32,000 nucleotides of DNA from Sinorhizobium meliloti (GTDB lineage: Bacteria; Pseudomonadota; Alphaproteobacteria; Rhizobiales; Rhizobiaceae). Where the stretch lies: NCBI RefSeq assembly GCF_017876815.1, contig NZ_JAGIOS010000002.1:1140001-1172000 (forward strand), given 5' to 3'. The translations under genes were made by a program, and so were the position numbers. Each line of letters starts with the position of its first letter. Within the stretch, counting starts at the first letter, position 1. The notes under the pieces are model-generated. The model did no database searches, was not told the origin of the DNA, and worked only from the letters and a program-made list of their open reading frames with translations. Positions 16,524 through 25,267 of the stretch are shown piece by piece.

Positions 16524-17200
16524 GTCCGCTGATCGAGGCTCGCGGCCTCACGCGTATATTGCATGAGACGGTTCCGGTAACGCTGGTGAAGGACATCGAT
16601 CTCATCATCGAGGAAGGCGAGTTCGTGGCCGTTACCGGCCCTTCGGGGTCGGGAAAGTCGTCGCTGCTCTATCTCCTGGGGCTGCTCGACCGGCCGACGG
16701 AGGGTAGGCTGCGCGTCCGCGGCCGCGATACCGAGCCGATGAGCGAGAAGGAGCGGGCGGAGACCCGCCTCGCTACCATGGGGTTCGTCTTCCAGTTCCA
16801 TTTCCTCCTGCCGGAATTTACCGCGCGCGAGAACGTCGAGATTCCCATGCGCAAGCTCGCCCGCCTCGGGCGCGACGAGATGCGGGCGCGGGCGAGGGAC
16901 TTGCTGTCCTCGCTCGGCCTCGCCGATCATCTCGACAAGCGGCCGGATCAGCTCTCGGGCGGCCAGCGCCAGCGCGTGGCGGTCGCACGGGCGCTTGCCA
17001 ACGATCCGCCGCTGATCCTGGCAGACGAGCCGACCGGAAGCCTCGACAGCAGGAGTTCGGAGCAGGTATTCGCAATTCTCGACGGACTTGTCCGCGAGCG
17101 CGGCAAGACGGTCGTCGCGGTGACGCACGACCTGGACATGGCTGCTCGAATGGACCGGCGAATCCACCTCGTGGACGGCGAGGTCAGCAAGGAAGAATAG
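16520..17200 (+). CDS. ABC transporter ATP-binding protein (LolD/MacB-type)
   Basis: The ATG overlaps the permease stop as ATGA. Walker A GPSGSGKSS, signature LSGGQRQRVAVARAL, Walker B LILADEPTGSLD. Confidence 0.93.
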   Translation: MSPLIEARGLTRILHETVPVTLVKDIDLIIEEGEFVAVTGPSGSGKSSLLYLLGLLDRPTEGRLRVRGRDTEPMSEKERAETRLATMGFVFQFHFLLPEFTARENVEIPMRKLARLGRDEMRARARDLLSSLGLADHLDKRPDQLSGGQRQRVAVARALANDPPLILADEPTGSLDSRSSEQVFAILDGLVRERGKTVVAVTHDLDMAARMDRRIHLVDGEVSKEE

Positions 17201-17203
17201 ATG

Positions 17204-17226
17204 CGCGCGTTTCGCCGAACGGCGCG
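17204..17226. terminator. GC-rich hairpin between convergent genes (candidate bidirectional terminator)
   Basis: CGCGCGTT-tcgccg-AACGGCGCG with one bulge, located in the 44-bp gap between the stops at 17200 (+) and 17245 (-). There is no clear T-tract. Confidence 0.35.
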
Positions 17227-17244
17227 GAACCGGCCGGCGGATGC

Positions 17245-17691
17245 TCAGCGCTGCTCGTCCATTTCGGCAAGCTTGCGCACGCGGCGCCGGAAGTCCTCGT
17301 CGGTGGAGAATTCGGCAGCGAGGTAGGCTGCAACGAGATCCCTGGCCAACCATGCGCCGACGATCTGGGCGCCGATGCACATGACGTTGACGTCGTCATG
17401 CTCCACCGACTGATGGGCGGAATGCACGTCATGGCAGACCGCTGCGCGGATACCTTTCACCTTGTTTGCCGCGATCGAGGCGCCGACGCCGGTGCCGCAG
17501 ACCATCAGCCCGCGATCCGCCTTGCCCTCGATGATCGAAGAAGTGACCATCTTTGCGATGTCGGGGAAGTCTACGGGGTTCGCATCGTATGAGCCTGCGT
17601 CGTACACCTCGTGGCCGAGCGAGGTGACATGGTCGATGATCGTGGCCTTGAGGTGGAAGCCAGCATGGTCGGAACCGATGACGATACGCAT
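17245..17691 (-). CDS. rpiB: Ribose-5-phosphate isomerase B / RpiB-LacA-LacB family sugar-phosphate isomerase
   Basis: MRIVIGSDHAGF...MVCGTGVGASIAANKVKGIRAAVCHD closely parallels the E. coli RpiB motifs. GGAGA SD is present. The 404-aa track ORF is an upstream extension. Confidence 0.88.
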   Translation of the reverse strand: MRIVIGSDHAGFHLKATIIDHVTSLGHEVYDAGSYDANPVDFPDIAKMVTSSIIEGKADRGLMVCGTGVGASIAANKVKGIRAAVCHDVHSAHQSVEHDDVNVMCIGAQIVGAWLARDLVAAYLAAEFSTDEDFRRRVRKLAEMDEQR

Positions 17692-17714
17692 ATTGGTGTC
17701 TCCTGGAGAAAAGA

Positions 17715-18992
17715 TTACTGGGCGATCAGACGGGGCAGCCACAGCGTGAAATCCTTCGCTAGGGTGAGGATGACAAGCGTGGAAACCAGCGGAATGTAGA
17801 AAGGCACAAGTGCCCGCAGCAACTGCCGGATCGAGACTTTGGCGATATCCGACACGAGGAACAGCGACAAACCCATAGGCGGCGTCAGCAGTCCGAGCAT
17901 CAGGTTGAAGATCGTCACGATGCCGAGTTGAACCGGGTCGACACCGGCCATCACGAGCGGCGGGGCGATGATGGGAACGAGAAGCAGCGTTGCGGTCGTC
18001 GAGTCGAGGAACATGCCGGCGACGAAGAAGATCAGATTTGCGATGATCAGCAGCATCAGCGGGTCCTTCGACCAGCCAAGCAGCGCTGCGGCAAAGGTCT
18101 GAGGCACCTGCTCGACCGCGAGAATCCAGCCAAAAAGCGCAGCAGAGGCGACGATGATGAGGATAGCGCTGGAGCTGCGAGCCGTCAGAACCGCCGAATG
18201 CCACAGATGCGCCGGCGTCAGTTCGCGGTACAGGACGCCGCTGATGAAGATGACATAGACGGCCGTTATCGCGGCCGCCTCGGTCGGTGTGAAGGCGCCG
18301 GCCGTCATGCCGCCGACCATGAGCGCCGGAGCAAGAATGGCCGGGAGCGCCGGCACCAATGTGCCGACCAGCTCGCCTGCCGTCGGCCAGCGCTCCGCAC
18401 GTGCATGGCCGTGTCGGATGGCGACGATCAGCACGGTGAGCATTAGCAGCGCGGTGCACAGCACGGCGGGCATGATGCCGGCTACGAGGAGCTGGACGAT
18501 CGAGACGCTCGTGACCGAGCCGTAGACGATCAGCGGGATGGAAGGCGGGAAGATCGGCCCGAGCGTCGCGGAAGCGGCAGTTACCGCGCCGGCGAAGGAT
18601 GGATCGAAGCCGCGCTTCTTCATGGCATCGATCTCTATGCGCCCCAGGCCCCCGATATCAGCCAGCGCCGCCCCGGACATTCCGGAAAAGATCAGGCTTC
18701 CGAAGACGTTGACCTGCGCCAGGCCACCCGGCATTCGCCCGACGAGCGTATAGGCGAAGCGGAAGATGCGATCGGTAATGCCGGAAAGGTTCATGAGGTT
18801 GCCGACGAAGATGAAGAGAGGCACGGCCACCAGCGGAAACGAATCCAGCGCATAGGTGATCCGCTGGGCAAGCAGCCCGAACGGCAAGCCTTCGACAAGT
18901 ACGTAGAGAATTGACGGCAGCAGGATGGCGTAAACCACCGGGAAGCCAAGCATGAACAGACCGAGGAAGGCCGCAACGACCAGAAAACCCAT
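17715..18992 (-). CDS. TRAP transporter large permease subunit (DctM family)
   Basis: 425 aa and polytopic, with a typical DctM N-terminus: MGFLVVAAFLGLFMLGFPVVYAIL. It is adjacent to the DctQ and DctP genes. Confidence 0.93.
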   Translation of the reverse strand: MGFLVVAAFLGLFMLGFPVVYAILLPSILYVLVEGLPFGLLAQRITYALDSFPLVAVPLFIFVGNLMNLSGITDRIFRFAYTLVGRMPGGLAQVNVFGSLIFSGMSGAALADIGGLGRIEIDAMKKRGFDPSFAGAVTAASATLGPIFPPSIPLIVYGSVTSVSIVQLLVAGIMPAVLCTALLMLTVLIVAIRHGHARAERWPTAGELVGTLVPALPAILAPALMVGGMTAGAFTPTEAAAITAVYVIFISGVLYRELTPAHLWHSAVLTARSSSAILIIVASAALFGWILAVEQVPQTFAAALLGWSKDPLMLLIIANLIFFVAGMFLDSTTATLLLVPIIAPPLVMAGVDPVQLGIVTIFNLMLGLLTPPMGLSLFLVSDIAKVSIRQLLRALVPFYIPLVSTLVILTLAKDFTLWLPRLIAQ

Positions 18993-19003
18993 GAAACGAC
19001 CTC

Positions 19004-19471
19004 TCAGACTGCGACGTTCTTGTCCGCCTGCGGCGGCTTGCGCAGATGCAGAAGATGAACGAGCGCCGCACCCGCGAAACCGAAAAGCGTAGCGCCCAGA
19101 AATATCCAGAATGGGATGCCGAGGGTCGGCGTGGCGTTGGTCAGGTTCCGGGTGATATTCATGGCAGTGACCCAGCCGATGAACCCCGTGACGCCGATCG
19201 CGCAGATCGAAATCGCGACATTCACGATTGCGCGCGCCTTCCTCGACATTGCAGCCTTGAACTCGCCCATGACGATATTCTCGCCATGCCCGACCACGAG
19301 GGGATAGGCGAGGAACACCAGGCAGATGAGCAGGAAGCGCGTCAGTTCCTCCGCGCCGATGAAGGGCAGCCCGAAGACGCTGCGCATGATGACCTGAGCC
19401 GTCGGAACGATGACCAGACCCGCCATCACGGCAACCACGACAATCGTCAGGACACGTTCGGGCAGACGCAT
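19004..19471 (-). CDS. TRAP transporter small permease subunit (DctQ family)
   Basis: Start chosen at MRLPERVL, with GGGAGGGGAG SD upstream. The product is 155 aa with 4 TMs. An 11-nt gap separates it from the DctM gene. Confidence 0.85.
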   Translation of the reverse strand: MRLPERVLTIVVVAVMAGLVIVPTAQVIMRSVFGLPFIGAEELTRFLLICLVFLAYPLVVGHGENIVMGEFKAAMSRKARAIVNVAISICAIGVTGFIGWVTAMNITRNLTNATPTLGIPFWIFLGATLFGFAGAALVHLLHLRKPPQADKNVAV

Positions 19472-19508
19472 CTTCTCCCCTCCCATTCTTACTGAAAAAT
19501 GCAGGCGT

Positions 19509-19541
19509 TGCAGGGACAAGGGACAGTGGCTTGCCCCTGCA
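19509..19541 (-). repeat. Intercistronic stem-loop after the TRAP SBP gene (TGCAGGG...CCCTGCA)
   Basis: 7-bp stem with a nested CAAG/CTTG pairing, in the 79-nt DctP-DctQ spacer. Confidence 0.35.
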
Positions 19542-19550
19542 GCTCGTCGG

Positions 19551-20543
19551 TTACTTCACCGCTTCGATCTGCTCGATGAGCGGTGCGAAATTCGGGAAGT
19601 CCTGCCCGATCTGGGCGCCGACCTTTTCCCTGAAGGCCGCCACGTCGAGTCCTTCGGCCTCCGTGATGACGGTCATGCCGCGGCCCTTGAGTTCCTTGAC
19701 CAGATCAGCCTCGGATTCCGTCGCCATCTTCAGCGATTTCTGGGCCTCCTCGTCGAGGACTTTCGTCAAAGCCGTGCGCTGCTCTTCGCTCAATCCCTGC
19801 CAGACTTCCTCATTGATGAAGACGGCGAGCACGGCGCGCATGTGACCCGTCATCGACAGATGCGATTGCACCTCGTTGAGATTGTTGGAGGCGATCATGG
19901 TCAGTGGATTTTCCTGGCCGACCACCACGCCCGTCATCAGCGCGGTCGGGAGTTCGGCAACTTCGACCGGGGTGGGGATCGCGCCGAAGCCCTTGACCAT
20001 GGAAACCCACAGTTCGAGCGGGACCGCTCGGAAAGGCTTGCCGGCAAGGTCCGCCGGTGTCTTTACCGGGAAGTTGGAGGAGATGTGGCGGTCACCCCGA
20101 TAGATGCGCCCGACGATCCGCACGCCCTGTGCGATGAGCTTCTCGTTGATCGCCTGAAGGGCCGGCGACGACTGCGGGTCCGTCGCAGCGAGCGCATGGG
20201 CGCCGTCGCGATAGATGAAAGGCGCGTTGAAAACCGCGACCTCAGGCACCAATCGTGCGAGGGAAGCGAAATCATGATGGCCCATGGAGATCGAGCCCAT
20301 GCGCACGCCATCCACCATTTCCGCGACCCCGCCGAGCTGGCTGGCGGGATAAACGGTGACGGTGACTTCGCCGCCGGTCGCGGCCGCAATGCCCTCCGCC
20401 GCCTGTGCCGCATAGACCGTCTGGATGTCTCCCTCTGCGCCCACATGCGCATAGCGCAGTTCGGTCGCGGAAGCGGCTCCGGCCAACAATGCGGCTCCCA
20501 GCATGGCGCCGGCCACCCGGCCATGTTTCAGAAAGTTCAGCAT
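19551..20543 (-). CDS. TRAP transporter substrate-binding protein (DctP family)
   Basis: Signal peptide MLNFLKHGRVAGAMLGAALLAGAASA, GGAGGAG SD, and DctP-like sequence throughout. Confidence 0.92.
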   Translation of the reverse strand: MLNFLKHGRVAGAMLGAALLAGAASATELRYAHVGAEGDIQTVYAAQAAEGIAAATGGEVTVTVYPASQLGGVAEMVDGVRMGSISMGHHDFASLARLVPEVAVFNAPFIYRDGAHALAATDPQSSPALQAINEKLIAQGVRIVGRIYRGDRHISSNFPVKTPADLAGKPFRAVPLELWVSMVKGFGAIPTPVEVAELPTALMTGVVVGQENPLTMIASNNLNEVQSHLSMTGHMRAVLAVFINEEVWQGLSEEQRTALTKVLDEEAQKSLKMATESEADLVKELKGRGMTVITEAEGLDVAAFREKVGAQIGQDFPNFAPLIEQIEAVK

Positions 20544-20563
20544 GCTCTCCTCCCTGGATAAAA

Positions 20564-21334
20564 CTAGCTGTCTGCTTCTTTTTCCTCTTCCTGCGGCGCG
20601 CCCTTCCTGGTGAAGGCAGCTATGTAGCTTTTGCGCCGAAGCTCGTCGCCGATGGCGAAATGCTCGCGCAGCATCCTGTCGGCCTTGTCCGGGTCGCGCG
20701 CGAGAATGGACAGGAAGACCTCCCGATGGGCTTCCACGAGATAGTCGGTGATGCCCGGCGCGTCGCTCGTTTCGGCGCGCCTCTGGACATGGCTGCGCTT
20801 CAGAAGGTCGGATATTGAGCGGTAGACCGTGACGAGCGCGGGACTGCGGCTGGCCTCGACGATCGCCATGTGAAAGGCGAAGTCCGCAGCACCCCCGTCT
20901 TCGGCGTTGTGGAGCGTGTCCATCAGCCGGGTCAGCAGGCCGCCAATGCGTGAGAGGTCGCTATCCGTCGCGCGGATGCAGGCAAGACGGATGGCCTGGC
21001 ACTCGATCGCGACACGGGCCTGCATGATGTCGTCGAGCATGTCGGGCTGCTGGGCGAGGCAGAACGTCAGGAAATCACCGAAGACGCCCACGTCGGCCTT
21101 GCGCACGAAGGCGCCCTTGCCATGGCGGATGTCGAGAAAGCCGAGATTGGCGAGCGACCGCAAAGCCTCCCTCAGCACCGGTCGCGATACGCCGAGGGCC
21201 AGGCAAAGCTCCCTCTCGCCCAACAGCCTGTCTCCCACCTTGAGCGCACCGGACAACAGCTGCTCCCGGAAGAAGGAGAGAACCTTTTCCGTTCCCGCAA
21301 GTTCGTCGGCACTGTCGGATAGCACAGGGTTCAT
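20564..21334 (-). CDS. GntR family (FadR subfamily) transcriptional regulator
   Basis: Start at MNPVLSD. wHTH: LLGERELCLALGVSRPVLREALRSLANLGFLDIRHGKGAFV, followed by an all-helical FCD-type C-terminal domain. A 20-nt gap separates it from the DctP gene. Confidence 0.9.
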   Translation of the reverse strand: MNPVLSDSADELAGTEKVLSFFREQLLSGALKVGDRLLGERELCLALGVSRPVLREALRSLANLGFLDIRHGKGAFVRKADVGVFGDFLTFCLAQQPDMLDDIMQARVAIECQAIRLACIRATDSDLSRIGGLLTRLMDTLHNAEDGGAADFAFHMAIVEASRSPALVTVYRSISDLLKRSHVQRRAETSDAPGITDYLVEAHREVFLSILARDPDKADRMLREHFAIGDELRRKSYIAAFTRKGAPQEEEKEADS

Positions 21335-21347
21335 GCAAATGGTCCCA

Positions 21348-21362
21348 ACTGGTATTACCAGT
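21348..21362. promoter_or_regulatory. Perfect 7-1-7 palindrome ACTGGTA-T-TACCAGT; probable GntR/FadR-type operator
   Basis: It contains the TGGT-N3-ACCA core typical of GntR-family operators (GT-N-AC). It lies 14 nt upstream of the GntR start and overlaps the candidate -10. Confidence 0.55.
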
Positions 21363-21389
21363 AAGCACCACATGCGTTTGCCCGTCAAG
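21360..21389 (-). promoter_or_regulatory. Promoter candidate CTTGAC-N18-CTTACT for the GntR-TRAP-RpiB operon
   Basis: Minus strand: CTTGAC at 21389-21384 and CTTACT at 21365-21360. The -10 is weak. Confidence 0.3.
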
Positions 21390-21537
21390 ACGCGCTGCTT
21401 GAATTATTGGAAACTTGTTGAGAATGGTCGCGCACCGAACCGGGCAGGGGCGCGGGTCACAAGAATTTCAGGTGCGGCGAGGGACCGCGCTGCAGCAGCA
21501 ACGAGTGCTGCCGGCTTGGGCTATCGCTTTGAACTGC

Positions 21538-21918
21538 TCAATCCAGGGAGCAAACCGCAGTGGCGAGAATTTCCAGGCGGATGCCGGGTGAAAGGAGCTC
21601 CGTGACGACTGTCGCCCGCACGGGAAATGGAGGCGCGAAGAATTCGCGGTATATCTTGTTCATGCCCGGGGCATCGGCCCTGTCGATGAGATAGACCTGT
21701 ATCTGCACGACAGCGGCTAGCGTGCTTCCGGCGGCTTCAAGCGCCTGTCGGAGGTTGGAGAATACCTGTCGCGCCTGGCACTCGATGTCCCCGGTGACGA
21801 GTTCGCCGGTCTCCGGGTTCTTTGCTATGTGGGCCGATCTCACGATCCGGCCCACCTTCACGGTACCGCTCAAGGGAGCGCGGGATGCAGCAATTCCGGT
21901 TTCGATTTTCTCGAACAT
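21538..21918 (-). CDS. RidA/YjgF/UK114 family protein (paralogue 1)
   Basis: Start at MFEKIETG with GGAGGA SD. Family motifs: GDIECQARQVFSNLRQALEAAG, VQIQVYL, PVRATV. Confidence 0.9.
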   Translation of the reverse strand: MFEKIETGIAASRAPLSGTVKVGRIVRSAHIAKNPETGELVTGDIECQARQVFSNLRQALEAAGSTLAAVVQIQVYLIDRADAPGMNKIYREFFAPPFPVRATVVTELLSPGIRLEILATAVCSLD

Positions 21919-21961
21919 TCGTGTTCCTCCCGCCTTGCTGAATTCGGACCGTGCGCTGCGA

Positions 21962-22345
21962 TCAAGCACCCTCGAGCACCGCATGGGCGAGGACCTCGAC
22001 GCGCAGGCCCGGGGTGATGAGCTCCTTGACGACCACGGTCGCGCGCACCGGATAGGGCTCCCTGAAGAACTCGGTATAGATCCTGTTCATGCCGGGAGCG
22101 TCGGCTCTTTCGGTGAGAAACACCTGCATTTGCACGACATTTGCGAGGGACCCGCCGGCGGCCTTGATCGCGATTTCGAGGTTCTGAAGCGTGCGGCGTG
22201 CCTGCGTCTCGATGTCGCCAAAGACCGGCTCGCCGGTGACCGGGTCCTCCGAGACGTGAACGGACCAGAAAAGACCGCCGGCGTGAACCGCTTCGCTGAC
22301 CGGAACATCCGACGGATCGGCGCCGGTATCGATGACTTCAAACAT
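21962..22345 (-). CDS. RidA/YjgF/UK114 family protein (paralogue 2)
   Basis: GDIETQARRTLQNLEIAIKAAG, VQMQVFL, PVRATV. It is roughly 50% identical by eye to the neighbouring paralogue. Confidence 0.9.
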   Translation of the reverse strand: MFEVIDTGADPSDVPVSEAVHAGGLFWSVHVSEDPVTGEPVFGDIETQARRTLQNLEIAIKAAGGSLANVVQMQVFLTERADAPGMNRIYTEFFREPYPVRATVVVKELITPGLRVEVLAHAVLEGA

Positions 22346-22378
22346 GCTCTTCCTCGCTCGTTTCTGTTGTCGGATAGC

Positions 22379-23842
22379 TCACTGCGGGATTTGGTCGAAA
22401 CGCGTGACGAACTTCGTGTTCAGATACCCGTCGAATGTCTCGGAGCCTCCCTCGCTCCCGTAGCCGCTGTCGTTGATTCCGCCGAAGGGAGTCTCCGGCA
22501 ACGCCAGGCCGAAATGGTTGACGCTCACCATTCCGGCTGCAAGAGCGCGTGCGGCATTCTGTGCACGGCTGCTCGAGCCTGTGAACACATAGGACGCCAG
22601 ACCGAAGGGCAGACTGTTGGCGCGCCGGATCACCTCGTCGAAATCGCCGAAGGGCGTGACGACGGCGATCGGTCCGAAGGGCTCCTCCTTCATCAGGCGC
22701 AGTTCGTCGGTGCCGGCGGCGACCACGGTTGGCGCATAGAAAAAGCCCGCGTTCCCGACGCGTTCGCCGCCGGTGACGATCTCGGCACCCTGCTCGCGCG
22801 CGTCCTGGACGAAACCTTCCATGGCAGCGACGCGTCGGCCGTGGCAGAGCGGGCCCATCTGTACGCTCTCCTGGAAACCGTTGCCGACCCTTGTCGATGC
22901 GATCTTCTCGGCAAAGCGTGCCAGGAAACGGTCGTGCCCTTTCGCCTGCACGTAAAACCGCGTCGGAGAGATGCAGACCTGGCCGGCATTACGCACCTTC
23001 TGGCCGGCAAGCGCATCGGCTGCCGCCTCGATGTCGGCGTCGTCGAAGAGGATCACCGGTGCATGCCCCCCGAGCTCCATCGTGGACCGTTTCATGTGCC
23101 TGCCTGCAAGGCTCGCGAGATGCTTCCCGACCTCGACCGAACCGGTGAAGGAGATTTTTCTGACTTCCGGCGCCGCCAGCAGCGTCTCCGACAGGTGGGC
23201 CGGGTCGCCCCAGAGGATGTTGAGACAGCCGTCCGGCAGCCCGGCCTCTTGCATCAGCCGGCCGATCGCGACCGTGGAGGAGGGGGATTCCCCCGGTCCC
23301 TTGAGGATGATGGTGCAGCCGCTCGCAAGCGCCGCCACGACCTTGCGCAGCGCCTGGCTGAAGGGGAAATTCCAAGGCGTGAAGGCGATGCAGACCCCGA
23401 CCGGCTCGCGAAGGACCATCTGCTGCACGCGCGGATCGCGGGCGGGAATGACCCGCCCGTAGATGCGGCGCGCTTCCTCCGCATGCCAATCGGCATGGTC
23501 GGCGGCGAAACGGATCTCGCCGATCGCCTCGCTGAGCGGCTTGCCCTGGTCGCGCGTCATGTTACGGGCGATCTCGTCGGCATGCTTGCGCGCGAGGTCT
23601 GCGAAGCGGCGCAGGATCCGGCCCCGCTCGAGCGGCGAGCGATCCTTCCAGCTCTCGAAAGCGCGCTGCGACGAGGCCACGGCTTCGGCAATCTCGCCAT
23701 CGGCCGCAAAAGGCAGCCGGGCAATCGTCTGGCCCGTCGCGGGATCCACCACCTCGGTGCTCCGCTCTGCCTCGTATATCCAGCGGCCATCGATCAGTAT
23801 GCCGAGGCGCTCATAGGGGACTGCAGTGGTTTCCGGATTCAT
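22379..23842 (-). CDS. NAD(P)-dependent aldehyde dehydrogenase (succinate-/malonate-semialdehyde dehydrogenase-like)
   Basis: ALDH motifs: FTGSVEVGKHL, MELGGHAP (catalytic Glu), NAGQVCISPTR (catalytic Cys). Confidence 0.93.
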   Translation of the reverse strand: MNPETTAVPYERLGILIDGRWIYEAERSTEVVDPATGQTIARLPFAADGEIAEAVASSQRAFESWKDRSPLERGRILRRFADLARKHADEIARNMTRDQGKPLSEAIGEIRFAADHADWHAEEARRIYGRVIPARDPRVQQMVLREPVGVCIAFTPWNFPFSQALRKVVAALASGCTIILKGPGESPSSTVAIGRLMQEAGLPDGCLNILWGDPAHLSETLLAAPEVRKISFTGSVEVGKHLASLAGRHMKRSTMELGGHAPVILFDDADIEAAADALAGQKVRNAGQVCISPTRFYVQAKGHDRFLARFAEKIASTRVGNGFQESVQMGPLCHGRRVAAMEGFVQDAREQGAEIVTGGERVGNAGFFYAPTVVAAGTDELRLMKEEPFGPIAVVTPFGDFDEVIRRANSLPFGLASYVFTGSSSRAQNAARALAAGMVSVNHFGLALPETPFGGINDSGYGSEGGSETFDGYLNTKFVTRFDQIPQ

Positions 23843-23851
23843 GCTCTTTCC

Positions 23852-25237
23852 TCAGCCGACATGTCCCTGCGCGCGTGCCCAGGCCAGCGTATCGTCAAGC
23901 GCCAGCCCCATGCGCGTCATCAGGTCGTCGACCTGCTCGTCATCGATGATCATCGCGGGGCAGAGGCTCACCATGTCGCCGAGGCCGCGTGTCAGGACGC
24001 CGCGGGCGGTCGCGAACTTGCCGGCCTGGTTTGCCACCTGCCAAGCCGGCGGGAAATTCTCCCTGGTCGCTTTATCCTTGACGAATTCGAGGCCGGCGAC
24101 GAGGCCGACGCCGCGCGCTTCCCCGATCAGCGGATGCTCGCCGAGCTTACGCACGCGATCCTGGAAAGCGGGGGCGACGGAGCGTACATGGCCGACGATG
24201 TCGATCTCCTCGTAGATCGTCAGCGCTTCGAGCGCCACGGCGGCTGCAACCGGATGGCCGCCATAGGTGAAACCGTGCGAGAAAGTGCCGATCTTCCGGC
24301 TCTGGTCGACAAGTGCGTCAGCGATCTTCTCGTTGATCATTAGGGCGGAGATCGGCATGTAGGCCGCCGACAGCTGCTTGGCGCAGCTGATCATGTCCGG
24401 CTTTAACCCGTAGGTTTCTGAGCCGAACATGTTGCCTGTGCGGCCAAAACCGCAGATCACCTCGTCGGCGATGAGCAGGATATCGTATTTGCGGAGAACC
24501 GCCTGGACCTTTTCGAAATAGGTTTTCGGCGGGGTGATGACGCCGCCTGAAACCATGACGGGCTCGGCGAAAAAGGCGGCGATCGTTTCCGGACCCTCTT
24601 CGAGGATTATCGCTTCGAGATTGTTGGCCATCCGCGTGGCGAAGTCTTCCTCCGTTTCCCCGGTCTCGGCGAAGCGCCAGTAGTGCGGGCAATCGGTATG
24701 GAGAATGTTGGCGATCGGCAGATCGAAATCGCGGTGGTTGAACGGCAGGCCGGTGAGGCTCGCGGTCGCGACGGTGACGCCATGATAGGCCTTGCGGCGC
24801 GAGATGATCTTCTTCTTCTCGGGACGCCCGAGAGCGTTGTTGTAGTACCAGATGAGCTTGATCGCCGTGTCGTTCGCCTCCGACCCGGAGCCGGCGAAGA
24901 ACACTTTCGACATCGGGACCGGCGCGATCGACAGGAGCTTCTCCGCAAGCCTGATGCCCGGCTCCGTCGATTTATGGGCGAAGGAATGATAGAAGGGCAT
25001 CGTTTTGAGCTGACGCGTCGCGGCTTCGACGAGGCGCTGCTCGCTGAAGCCGAGACCGGCGCAGAACAGGCCTGCCAATCCCTCGATGTAGCGTTTTCCT
25101 TCGTCGTCGACGACATAGATGCCGTCGCCGCCGGTGATCACGTGCGGCCCGGTTTCCTGATGCACGGCCAGGTTCGTGTAGGGGTGGACGAGGCTCTGCT
25201 TGTCGAGAGCGTGGAGGGAATTCGGACGGTCGTTCAT
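23852..25237 (-). CDS. Class III (omega) aminotransferase, PLP-dependent
   Basis: GGAG lies 6 nt upstream of ATG 25237; alternatives are ATG 25249 and TTG 25255. Motifs: FFAGSGSEANDTAIK, LLIADEVICGFGRTG, SCAKQLSAAYMP (PLP Lys). Confidence 0.92.
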   Translation of the reverse strand: MNDRPNSLHALDKQSLVHPYTNLAVHQETGPHVITGGDGIYVVDDEGKRYIEGLAGLFCAGLGFSEQRLVEAATRQLKTMPFYHSFAHKSTEPGIRLAEKLLSIAPVPMSKVFFAGSGSEANDTAIKLIWYYNNALGRPEKKKIISRRKAYHGVTVATASLTGLPFNHRDFDLPIANILHTDCPHYWRFAETGETEEDFATRMANNLEAIILEEGPETIAAFFAEPVMVSGGVITPPKTYFEKVQAVLRKYDILLIADEVICGFGRTGNMFGSETYGLKPDMISCAKQLSAAYMPISALMINEKIADALVDQSRKIGTFSHGFTYGGHPVAAAVALEALTIYEEIDIVGHVRSVAPAFQDRVRKLGEHPLIGEARGVGLVAGLEFVKDKATRENFPPAWQVANQAGKFATARGVLTRGLGDMVSLCPAMIIDDEQVDDLMTRMGLALDDTLAWARAQGHVG

Positions 25238-25267
25238 GTGCGGCTCCATCGGCAACCGGAGTTCGGA

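Noticed and set aside
21722-24343. An 873-aa plus-strand ORF spanning both RidA genes, the aldehyde dehydrogenase and the start of the aminotransferase.
   Set aside because: It lies antisense to four genes with strong family motifs. Its Arg/Ala/Gly/Asp-rich, low-complexity composition is typical of antisense frames in high-GC DNA, and it has no recognisable domain or SD. The same reasoning applies to the other long antisense ORFs: 734-1843, 3219-4244, 4320-5312, 14970-16238, 19410-20561 and 28074-29123.
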